Shown here piece after piece: positions 9,595 to 18,177 of a DNA stretch of 64,000 bases. The notes beneath the pieces were generated by a model. The model did no database searches and was not told the DNA's origin. It saw nothing but the letters and a program-made list of their open reading frames with translations. The position numbers were made by a program, and so were the translations under genes. This stretch comes from a bacterium (GTDB lineage: Bacteria; Electryoneota; JAOADG01): positions 1,799,379-1,863,378 of the forward strand of contig OY820579.1 of the NCBI GenBank assembly GCA_963681965.1. Direction: 5' to 3'. Numbering within the stretch: position 1 is the stretch's first letter; each line of letters starts with the position of its first letter.

Positions 9595-12500
9595 AGCGAA
9601 CGACTGCCTACTCGATTTTAGGAATATCGCTCCTGCTGCTGATTGGAGTGGCGTTTGCGCAAGTAACTCCATTCAATCACGCTGAATTATTATGGCGAAC
9701 GATCGAAGGGAAGCACCACATCGTCCATTACCACGTCGGCGCTGAACGTACTGCTCAAATGATTTTGGATATTGCCGACGAAGTACATCAACCACTTGCC
9801 GATCTGTACAAATACGAACCGGATACGAAAGTCAACTGGGTCATTTACGATACCGACGATTATGCCAACGGCGCGACGTATTTCCTGAACAATCGCATCG
9901 TGATCTGGGCACCGGCACTCGATTTTGAATTTCGTGGTACGCATAATTGGCTTCGAAATGTTGTGACGCATGAATATACTCATATGATTCAACTCGGAGC
10001 TGCACGGAAGTGGTCGCGACAGATGCCGGCGATCTACGGACAGTATATCGGTTATGAACCGGAAACCCGACCCGATGTTCTGTATGGTTTCCCGAATCGG
10101 ATCATGAGTTACCCACTATCCAATACTACCGTTCCTCATTGGTTTGCCGAAGGAACAGCACAATCGATGCGCCGCGGAATGAATTACGATTATCGCGATA
10201 GCCACCGCGAGATGCTTCTTCGCTCTCGAGCGCTTGCCGACAATTTGTTGACGATGGATGAGATGGGTGTCTTCGAGAAGACTAGTCTTGGCGGCGAATT
10301 GGTTTACAACCAGGGATTTGCGTTAGTTCAATACATAATCGACCGGTTCGGTGAAACTGCTTTAAGAACACTATCTGAATCACTCGGGTCAATGTCGGTT
10401 TGGTCGTTCGATGCCGCGTGCCGGAAGACACTGGGTATACCGGCTCAGAAGCTTTACGATGAATGGGTTCGCGCGATGAAGGAAACCTATCGCGTGCGCA
10501 CTGAAACAATACGCCAGCACGAAGTGACCGGTCGATTGTTGGAAGAAGATGGCTTTGCTAATCTATATCCACGATGGTCGATCGACGGGAAAAAAATATA
10601 CTTTACCTCGAATAAGGAAAAGGATTATTTCGGTGGATCGTCGTTGGTCGAGATGAATCTTGCAACCGGTAAGAAAGAGAAGCTCGTCAAAACAATGGCA
10701 CCCTTTGCAGTTCACCCGAATGGCAAAGGATTGATCTATTCGGAACAACCGTTACAAAAGGGGCAGCGACGACTCGACGATCTATTCTTCTACGATTTTG
10801 CGAAGAAAAAATCCTACCGGCTGACTTATGCCGAACGTGCGCAACAACCCGATGTTTCATCGGATGGGAAAAAGATTGTCGCCGTCACGCAATCCGACGG
10901 AACGATGAATCTTGTCGTGTTTGAACTTCCCGATTCGATCAAAGCCGATGTGAAGCAAAAAGCACAACTGAAGAAACGAGTATTGACATCCTATGTCAAT
11001 GGCGAACAATTATCTCACCCTCGATTTTCACCTGACGGAAATAAAATTCTTTATTCTTTCGCACGCGAACAAAACCGCGATCTATTCGAATTCGATCTAA
11101 CGACAAATACTTCCACGCTACTGCGCGCGAGTAAATGGGATGACCGCGACGTCGCATGGTCAAAAGATGGTCAGTGGATCTATTTTTCCAGCGACTCAAC
11201 TGGTATCTGGAATATTTACCGGATGCGTAGCGATCGCACAATCATCGAACCGGTGACGAATGTTGTCGGCGGTGCTCTGCTCGGTGAACCATCGCCGGAT
11301 GGTGCGAAATTGGCATTCTGTCGATACGAATCGACCGGCTATAAGTTAGCATTATTGGATAAAATCGAACCAGTCGATCGAGCATACATGCAGTATCAAC
11401 AGAACTATGCTCAATCGCTGCCGAATGTGTCGATACCCGATTCGATGCCACCGGCGAAACCAGTCATGAAATACAAACCGGCATTCGAGAAAACCTATAT
11501 TCTTCCGCGAATTGCTTGGGATTACGGTCGTTTCAAACCCGGTTTCTATGTCTATACGAACGATTATCTGGAAAAATTGAACCTGTTCGGTGGCTTTGCG
11601 ATTAATGGTAAGAAGGACTACGACTTGTATTTGTCGACCGACTACCGACAACTTCCACCGACGTTGTTCATGGACTTTTACAATATCGTCCGTCACGACG
11701 ATAAACGATTCGATGATCCGCTCCGAATTGTTGGTCAATCCGGTCACGGTGATTCAGCCCAACCGATTTATGCACAATATGGAACAAAATATAAGTTCAC
11801 GTTGCTCGAATTGGATATCGGTTTCCGGTACAATATCGATGAGAAGACTGTTGCCAGTTTGTATGGTATGTTCTCGCGCTACAGTGCGGCACTAGATTTC
11901 GACGACGGTTCATCATCGTTTGGTTACACGTATTTCAAAGGTCACAGTCTTGTCGCTTCGCTTACGCAAACCGCAATTACGCGCAGTGTAACCGATGACA
12001 TCAATCCGTCCGGTGGTTATCAATTCGGAATTCGGGCGCAACGCTCGCAGCACAATTACATCCAAGGGTTCACCATCAACGCCGATAAACTGACACTGCA
12101 GGAAGTCTATTCACCCTACAATTACTGGCAGTTGGAAGGATCGTTTAATTATTATCAGAAGCTCTGGCATAAATGGGTGATGTCGCCGTCGGTTAAACTT
12201 GGTTATATCGATCGTAACGTCGATCCATTCATGAATCTTTATGCCGGTGGTTTGTTCGGGATGCGCGGCTATTCGTTCTATAGTCTTGGTGGTACTCGCA
12301 CGACTATTGCACAACTAGCACAGGAACTCCCGTTGTGGGAGCCGATGGGCAAACGACAGTATCTCGGTTGGGTACATCCGATAAGCGTCTATGCCAATCT
12401 ATTCGCCGATGTCGGATCGGCATGGCGTGGCGATGTGCAACATGCAAAATGGGTGCGGGATTTGGGTGGTGAATTGCGGTTTGGTTCGATATCGGTATTC

Positions 12501-12677
12501 AGTTATCCTACCGCGATCACGTTGTCGGCAGCACGCGGATTAGACCGGGTATCGGTGACCGAAAACGACAATACGACCGTATATGCGCCCCAGTGGCGAT
12601 ATTACTTCACAATTTTATTTGGATTTACTCAACCGCCGACTGGAATACAACCAGCTCGTGCGATTGACCGGCAGTAA
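9591..12677 (+). CDS. fusion protein: peptidase-MA-like (HEYTH) domain + TolB-like PD40 beta-propeller + Omp85-family (BamA/TpsB-like) C-terminal beta-barrel
   Basis: ATGA overlap with the upstream gene; signal peptide; HEYTHM zinc motif at aa 127-131; six or more PD40-like blades (WSIDGKKIYFTS, FSPDGNKILYSF, WSKDGQWIYFSS, PSPDGAKLAF...); C-terminal ~450 aa of alternating beta-strand pattern with an Omp85 loop-6-like GGLFGMRGY motif and a beta-signal-like YYFTILFGF near the C-terminus. Confidence 0.55.
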   Translation: MKRTTAYSILGISLLLLIGVAFAQVTPFNHAELLWRTIEGKHHIVHYHVGAERTAQMILDIADEVHQPLADLYKYEPDTKVNWVIYDTDDYANGATYFLNNRIVIWAPALDFEFRGTHNWLRNVVTHEYTHMIQLGAARKWSRQMPAIYGQYIGYEPETRPDVLYGFPNRIMSYPLSNTTVPHWFAEGTAQSMRRGMNYDYRDSHREMLLRSRALADNLLTMDEMGVFEKTSLGGELVYNQGFALVQYIIDRFGETALRTLSESLGSMSVWSFDAACRKTLGIPAQKLYDEWVRAMKETYRVRTETIRQHEVTGRLLEEDGFANLYPRWSIDGKKIYFTSNKEKDYFGGSSLVEMNLATGKKEKLVKTMAPFAVHPNGKGLIYSEQPLQKGQRRLDDLFFYDFAKKKSYRLTYAERAQQPDVSSDGKKIVAVTQSDGTMNLVVFELPDSIKADVKQKAQLKKRVLTSYVNGEQLSHPRFSPDGNKILYSFAREQNRDLFEFDLTTNTSTLLRASKWDDRDVAWSKDGQWIYFSSDSTGIWNIYRMRSDRTIIEPVTNVVGGALLGEPSPDGAKLAFCRYESTGYKLALLDKIEPVDRAYMQYQQNYAQSLPNVSIPDSMPPAKPVMKYKPAFEKTYILPRIAWDYGRFKPGFYVYTNDYLEKLNLFGGFAINGKKDYDLYLSTDYRQLPPTLFMDFYNIVRHDDKRFDDPLRIVGQSGHGDSAQPIYAQYGTKYKFTLLELDIGFRYNIDEKTVASLYGMFSRYSAALDFDDGSSSFGYTYFKGHSLVASLTQTAITRSVTDDINPSGGYQFGIRAQRSQHNYIQGFTINADKLTLQEVYSPYNYWQLEGSFNYYQKLWHKWVMSPSVKLGYIDRNVDPFMNLYAGGLFGMRGYSFYSLGGTRTTIAQLAQELPLWEPMGKRQYLGWVHPISVYANLFADVGSAWRGDVQHAKWVRDLGGELRFGSISVFSYPTAITLSAARGLDRVSVTENDNTTVYAPQWRYYFTILFGFTQPPTGIQPARAIDRQ

Positions 12678-12708
12678 CAAAACGACGCGTTAACAGGAGG
12701 TAGTAAGA

Positions 12709-13626
12709 ATGTGGTATAAATTAATCATTTTGGTTTTAGCGTTGTGTTCGATTTCCTTCGCGATACCGTACAAGGAAGCGGATAATTCCGATAATATGCA
12801 ACCATTACCGAAGTCACTCAGTCAACTTCAGCATGAGCGCGAAATCAAACTGGTGGCAGCGATGGAAAGTGGTGCCCCAACCGATTCGACAACTGCTGCT
12901 CCGGTAAAAGGTCCGAATATGGGCAAAGCGATGTTGTTATCGGCGATCATGCCCGGAACCGGTCAACTCTACATCGGAAGCAAATGGAAAGGGTATACTT
13001 TCCTAGGAATCGAAGCCGCTGCTTGGACAATGGCAATCATGTACAATGTCAAAGGCAACCAAACAACGAAAGATTTTCAGAATTATGCCGAATCCCACTG
13101 GGGTGTAAACGAATCCTTATATCGCCAAAAGGAATTCTATTACGCGACATTGAATAGTCTCCCCTCGCGAATTTCTTCGACACCTTATCAGGGAACCCGT
13201 GCCGATTGGGATTTATTGAGCTGGGATGACAAATCGAAATATTTACCATCGAACTTCACCCACGAACTGCCGTCATCGCATAATCAGCAATGGTACGAAA
13301 TGATTGGTAAGTATTTGACGCAATTCGGTCCCTTCTGGGATGACGCCGATACTTCGTCTTCGGCATACAGTGCGACCGGCGTTTGGTCAGGATCCAGTAC
13401 AACTGCCAATAAATACGCCGACAAACGATATGATGCGAACAAGCAATTGAAAGCCGGAAATACAATGTTCATGGTTGTAATGATCAATCACGTATTGTCC
13501 GCAACGGACGCTGTATTATCGGTTAAAGCGATGAACAATCGAACCGTCCAAACTGCCGTTCGATTGGAACAGCGAAGCTTCAACAATGAAGTAGTCACGA
13601 TGCCAACACTTCATATTACGTTCTGA
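12709..13626 (+). CDS. secreted hypothetical protein, paralog A (PG-x-GQ motif family, DUF5683-like)
   Basis: AGGAGG RBS; signal peptide ...CSISFA; motifs SAIMPGTGQLY + hydrophobic GIEAAAWTMAI and C-terminal VMINHVLSATDAV shared with the next ORF. Confidence 0.55.
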   Translation: MWYKLIILVLALCSISFAIPYKEADNSDNMQPLPKSLSQLQHEREIKLVAAMESGAPTDSTTAAPVKGPNMGKAMLLSAIMPGTGQLYIGSKWKGYTFLGIEAAAWTMAIMYNVKGNQTTKDFQNYAESHWGVNESLYRQKEFYYATLNSLPSRISSTPYQGTRADWDLLSWDDKSKYLPSNFTHELPSSHNQQWYEMIGKYLTQFGPFWDDADTSSSAYSATGVWSGSSTTANKYADKRYDANKQLKAGNTMFMVVMINHVLSATDAVLSVKAMNNRTVQTAVRLEQRSFNNEVVTMPTLHITF

Positions 13627-13628
13627 CA

Positions 13629-14264
13629 ATGAAACGACTCTATCTGGTAATTTTTTCTGGATTGATTGCGCTGACGTCGTTTGCGCAACCGCTCCCGCGT
13701 CCGAAAGCACCTACCGGTTCAACGGTATTTTTCAAGTCGCTGTTGTTACCGGGATGGGGGCAGATGTCGCAGGGAAGACCAAAAGAGGCTACAATTTTCC
13801 TGTCATCCGAAGCGATCCTAATTGTTACTACATTTGGTTTGCAAACCTACGGTGATTGGCTCAAAAGCGACTATCGATCGGTAGCAGCGCTCTATGCCGG
13901 GATCCCGAATGGCGGTAATCGGAACCATACAATGTATGTCGATATGGGAAATTGGAATACCGTGGAAGAATTCAATGCTGCACGACAACGCGATCGCGAA
14001 TATGATCGACAATATTTGAAAGCCGAGGATCAGTGGCGCTGGACGAATGATTCCGAACGAAGGCGTTTTAAAGCGCTTCGTTTGAAATCGGATAAAGTAT
14101 TGGAATCGGTTAAATTCTCGATCGGTGCGGTAGTCGTCAATCATTTTATTGCCGCAATTGAAGCATCAGCATTCGAACGTAAGAAAGTGAAAAACCCGTC
14201 GATCGGTGTCACGATGTCGGGAACAACGAGCGAACCACAGGTTCGACTTCATGTGAATTGGTAA
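13629..14264 (+). CDS. secreted hypothetical protein, paralog B (PG-x-GQ motif family, DUF5683-like)
   Basis: Starts 2 nt after the paralog A stop; signal peptide ...LTSFA; motifs SLLLPGWGQM + SSEAILIVTTF and C-terminal VVNHFIAAIEASAF. Confidence 0.55.
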   Translation: MKRLYLVIFSGLIALTSFAQPLPRPKAPTGSTVFFKSLLLPGWGQMSQGRPKEATIFLSSEAILIVTTFGLQTYGDWLKSDYRSVAALYAGIPNGGNRNHTMYVDMGNWNTVEEFNAARQRDREYDRQYLKAEDQWRWTNDSERRRFKALRLKSDKVLESVKFSIGAVVVNHFIAAIEASAFERKKVKNPSIGVTMSGTTSEPQVRLHVNW

Positions 14265-14281
14265 ACTTCTGTTACGCGGAA

Positions 14282-14318
14282 AACGGGCAACTCGTCTGAG
14301 TTCGCCCGTTTTTTTTCG
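14282..14318 (+). terminator. intrinsic terminator closing the porU operon
   Basis: acgggcaactc...gagttcgcccgt stem followed by TTTTTTTT. Confidence 0.7.
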
Positions 14319-14371
14319 AAGAACATATCAATCAGGATTGACGGGAACAGTGAATTCGGTTACTTTTTAGT

Positions 14372-15259
14372 ATGAAGAGACGAATCTTAATAACGGGTGC
14401 ATCCGGATATCTTGGGGGGCATCTAGTTCTCACTGCTCCACAGGATTGCGAGTGTTTCGCTATGTACCGGTCGGCTCGACCTGAAAGCGATTTTGGTGCT
14501 CATTGGATTCAGGGCGATTTAATCGATGCTTCGCTTCCACATCAGCTAATCCGGGATATTCGACCCGATGCGATTATTCACAATGCCGCCTTATCGAAAC
14601 CGGAAGAATGCGACGACAATCCCGATCTTGCCAATGAAATCAATATCGAAGCTACCGATCGTCTAGCTACTGTGTCCGATCAGACCAGTACCCGCTTTAT
14701 ATTTTTGTCTACCGATATGGTTTTCGATGGGAATCATCCCCCATATACCGAGTCATCCCTGCCAAACCCCATTCACCGCTATGGAATTACCAAAGTTACT
14801 GCTGAACGTCGAATTGCGAATAGATCGGATAAACATGCAATTGTACGTTCTTCCGTGATCTTCGGACCACAAGGGATCTTCAATTCCAATTTTGCCATGC
14901 ATCTGATTGACCACTGGCAACTCGGCGAGCCGACCAATGTATTTGTCGACCAATTCCGAAATCACGTATCGGTGAAATGGTTGTGTCAAGCCTTGTATGA
15001 ACTGACCGAATCCGCTTTCTCCGGGATCTTGCATCTTGGTGGCGGGGAATCGACGAGTCGAGCCGAATTTGCCCACTGTCTCGCGAAACGCTTGAATTAT
15101 CCCGACCAATTGTTGACTGAAACCTCTTTAGTTGGTAAGTTGCTTGCGCCTCGACCTCGAGATTTAACGTTCGATGTGCAATTAGCCAGATCGGTTTTGA
15201 AAACTTCACCGCTCACACTGGCGCAAGGTATTGCGTTGGAGTGGGCACAAATACTGTAA
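14372..15259 (+). CDS. rfbD: dTDP-4-dehydrorhamnose reductase-like SDR (RmlD family)
   Basis: ILITGASGYLG Rossmann motif; STDMVF and YGITK motifs match the RmlD STDYVF/YGxTK; 295 aa. Confidence 0.7.
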   Translation: MKRRILITGASGYLGGHLVLTAPQDCECFAMYRSARPESDFGAHWIQGDLIDASLPHQLIRDIRPDAIIHNAALSKPEECDDNPDLANEINIEATDRLATVSDQTSTRFIFLSTDMVFDGNHPPYTESSLPNPIHRYGITKVTAERRIANRSDKHAIVRSSVIFGPQGIFNSNFAMHLIDHWQLGEPTNVFVDQFRNHVSVKWLCQALYELTESAFSGILHLGGGESTSRAEFAHCLAKRLNYPDQLLTETSLVGKLLAPRPRDLTFDVQLARSVLKTSPLTLAQGIALEWAQIL

Positions 15260-15263
15260 TGCC

Positions 15264-15923
15264 ATGACACCTATCGACTTATCAGCAACACAGCCCTATC
15301 TAGCGCTTGCCGGCAATATTGGCGTGGGAAAAACGACCATGACGACCCTACTGGCATCGAAATTGCGTTGGGATCCATGGTTCGAACCGGTCATCGACAA
15401 TCCTTATCTCGACGACTTTTACGCCGATATGCATCGCTGGAGTTTCCATCTCCAAATCTACTTTCTCTCGAAAAGATTCGAAGCGCAACGGCGCATCCTC
15501 GATAATTCGCGACCCTCTGTACAGGATCGAACAATCTATGAAGATGTCGAGATCTTTGCTCGAACGCTACACAAACAGAAGTTTATGACTGATCGCGAAT
15601 ACGAAAACTACTCTTCGCTATTCTCTTGTATGATGGAGTATCTAAGACCACCGGATGCAATTGTATATCTACGCGCTCCGGTAGAGGTTTTGCTGGATCG
15701 AATTTCAAAACGCGGTCGCGACTCCGAGAAGACTATTGCCAGATCATATTTGGAGGAATTGAATAACGCCTACGAAAGCTGGATCGAACGTTCAAAAGAT
15801 CTAACTCAGGTGTTAATCTTCGATACTGCCATTTTCGACAATGAAGGTGCAGATGCACTTTCAGATCGAATTATCAGTACGTTACGTGCAAGTCCACAAT
15901 TATCATTCCTGCCATTTGCCTGA
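15264..15923 (+). CDS. deoxynucleoside kinase (dAK/dGK/dCK family)
   Basis: P-loop GNIGVGKTT; motifs FEPVIDNPYLDDFY, RWSFHLQIYFL, DRTIYED typical of the dNK family. Confidence 0.8.
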   Translation: MTPIDLSATQPYLALAGNIGVGKTTMTTLLASKLRWDPWFEPVIDNPYLDDFYADMHRWSFHLQIYFLSKRFEAQRRILDNSRPSVQDRTIYEDVEIFARTLHKQKFMTDREYENYSSLFSCMMEYLRPPDAIVYLRAPVEVLLDRISKRGRDSEKTIARSYLEELNNAYESWIERSKDLTQVLIFDTAIFDNEGADALSDRIISTLRASPQLSFLPFA

Positions 15924-16047
15924 TCATTCCCAATCAGGCTGAACTTTTTGTAATTTAGATCTAGGTGTTGCAGCACACGTGCGATTAGTCGTAATCGTCA
16001 CGCTGTGCTGTGTTACTATTCAAAACAACATTAGGTGGTTATTTATT

Positions 16048-16482
16048 ATGTCACTACAATCGTTCAAAGTGCTGCAAATCGATCATCTTGGCGTTGCAGT
16101 AAAAGATTCTTCACCGATCTCGAACTTCATGTCGGTACTTGGGATTCCACAATGCGGCAATGAAATTGTGGCGGATCAGCGAGTAGCAACAACCATGTTC
16201 GACGCAAATTCCGTTCATGTCGAATTACTTGCCGCGACCGACGACCAATCGACCATCGCGAAATACATTGAGAAGCGCGGAGAAGGATTTCACCATATCG
16301 CTTTTCGCGTCGACAATCTCCAGAACGCACTGAGCGCATTGTCTGAAGCAGGGGTTCAGTTAATCGACCAAACACCGCGCAAGGGAGCAGGGGGCAAACT
16401 GATCGCGTTTCTACACCCAAAATCCACCGGTGGCATTTTGGTCGAGCTTTCGCAAATCGATCCCGAAATGGATCATCGATAA
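16048..16482 (+). CDS. mce: methylmalonyl-CoA epimerase (VOC/glyoxalase family)
   Basis: AGGTGG RBS; IDHLGVAV...GEGFHHIAFRVDNL...GGILVEL motifs; ~145 aa. Confidence 0.75.
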   Translation: MSLQSFKVLQIDHLGVAVKDSSPISNFMSVLGIPQCGNEIVADQRVATTMFDANSVHVELLAATDDQSTIAKYIEKRGEGFHHIAFRVDNLQNALSALSEAGVQLIDQTPRKGAGGKLIAFLHPKSTGGILVELSQIDPEMDHR

Positions 16483-16503
16483 GTCGAGATACTGGAGAAC
16501 GAA

Positions 16504-17697
16504 ATGAGCAACTACATCGATCCGAATTGGAAGATGTCAACGTTAGTATGTCACGGTGCCGGTGGATCCGATCCCGCTACTGGTGCTCACTGCAAACCGA
16601 TTTATCAAACATCGACTTTTGCCTTCCGCGATGCCGATCACGGCGAAAATTTATTTACTGGAAAAGAAAAAGGTTTTATCTACAGTCGTTTGGGCAATCC
16701 GACGATCGAAGGACTGGAACACGAAATTACCTGCCTCGAGAGTGGTGTTGCCGGATTGGCGTTTGGTAGTGGCATGGCTGCAGTCAGTGCCGTGATTCTT
16801 GGTATCTGTGGAGCTGGTGAAAACTATATCACTACTGTGCCGATTTATGGTGGAACGCATACTCTCGGTCAATCCATACTACCTCGATTCAATATCGAAA
16901 ATCGGGAAGTGAATTGCTCCGATTTGGCAGCATTGGAAGCCGCGATTGACGAAAACACCCGGTTGATCATGATTGAAACACCGGCGAATCCGACGATTCG
17001 CTTGGTCGATATCGAAGAGTGTGTGAAAATTGCCCGTCGACACAATGTTGTATTGGCAATCGACAATACATTCGCAACCCCCTATCTCCAAAATCCATTG
17101 AAAATGGGCGCCGATATCGTATTGCATTCGGCAACAAAATATATCAGCGGTCACGGCGATACGGTAGCCGGGCTAGTTGTCTGTTCGACCGAAGAACTGA
17201 AATTAAAAATTCAACCCATTCAGCACGATATCGGTGGTGTTATCTCGCCGTTCAACGCGTTCCTGTTGTTACGCGGATTGAAAACTCTGGCTGTGCGGAT
17301 GGATCGACACTGTATGAATGCGTTGAAAGTAGCACAATATCTATCTTTCCATCCGAAAGTAGCTGAGGTATGGTATCCCGGCTTATCAACACACCCCGAT
17401 CATGAATTGGCTAAAAAACAGATGCGCGATTTCGGAGGTATGGTTTCATTTATTCTAAAAGGTGGTAGATCTGCTGGCAAAACGGTATTGAATAACGTTA
17501 AACTGGCGGTAAATGCTGTTTCACTCGGCGATACCGATACTTTGATCGTTCATCCGGCAACGACTACTCATAGTAGTTACTCGCCTGAAGCACTGAAACT
17601 TGCCGGTATGGATGAAGGATTAGTTCGACTTTCGGTTGGTATCGAAGATTATCACGATATAATCGACGACTTGTCTCAAGCGCTAAAACAAGTCTAG
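16504..17697 (+). CDS. PLP-dependent trans-sulfuration family enzyme (methionine gamma-lyase / O-acetylhomoserine sulfhydrylase-like)
   Basis: Cys/Met-metabolism PLP fold; PLP-lysine motif SATKYISGHGD; 397 aa, close to the size of methionine gamma-lyase. Confidence 0.75.
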   Translation: MSNYIDPNWKMSTLVCHGAGGSDPATGAHCKPIYQTSTFAFRDADHGENLFTGKEKGFIYSRLGNPTIEGLEHEITCLESGVAGLAFGSGMAAVSAVILGICGAGENYITTVPIYGGTHTLGQSILPRFNIENREVNCSDLAALEAAIDENTRLIMIETPANPTIRLVDIEECVKIARRHNVVLAIDNTFATPYLQNPLKMGADIVLHSATKYISGHGDTVAGLVVCSTEELKLKIQPIQHDIGGVISPFNAFLLLRGLKTLAVRMDRHCMNALKVAQYLSFHPKVAEVWYPGLSTHPDHELAKKQMRDFGGMVSFILKGGRSAGKTVLNNVKLAVNAVSLGDTDTLIVHPATTTHSSYSPEALKLAGMDEGLVRLSVGIEDYHDIIDDLSQALKQV

Positions 17698-17708
17698 TGG
17701 AGTAAGAT

Positions 17709-18170
17709 ATGATTCCTCTCGAAGAAATATTGAAAGCTTCCGGACTGACCCGGTCGATGAAGGATGAGTTTGTCGCAACTTTAATTGAGTTCACTGAACT
17801 TCAACACTTTGCGAAAGACCAAACCGTTATTCACGAAGACAGTCGAGACCGGGATATGTTTATCCTAGTGGAGGGAAAGGTTTCGATTAACCTTTTCGTT
17901 CCCGGAACGCTGGATCGAATGGAATCGATTGTCACACTTCGTGCCTATCAAGTGTTCGGAGAATTTTCGTTAATTGATGGTGCCCCGCGCTCGGCAGCCG
18001 TTAAAGCGGATACCGATATCGTGGTATATCGACTGAGTGCTGAGAAGCTACTGCATTATTGCGAAACGAATTGCGAATTCGGATACCGCTTGATGCAGAA
18101 TCTGGCAGCAATTCTCGCAGCGCGAATCCGCGATACGACGTTATTGGTTCGCAACAATATTATTTGGTGA
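17709..18170 (+). CDS. cyclic nucleotide-binding domain protein (stand-alone cNMP-binding, no HTH)
   Basis: Beta-roll signature FGEFSLIDGAPRSAAVKA; 153 aa. Confidence 0.65.
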   Translation: MIPLEEILKASGLTRSMKDEFVATLIEFTELQHFAKDQTVIHEDSRDRDMFILVEGKVSINLFVPGTLDRMESIVTLRAYQVFGEFSLIDGAPRSAAVKADTDIVVYRLSAEKLLHYCETNCEFGYRLMQNLAAILAARIRDTTLLVRNNIIW

Positions 18171-18177
18171 TGTAATT

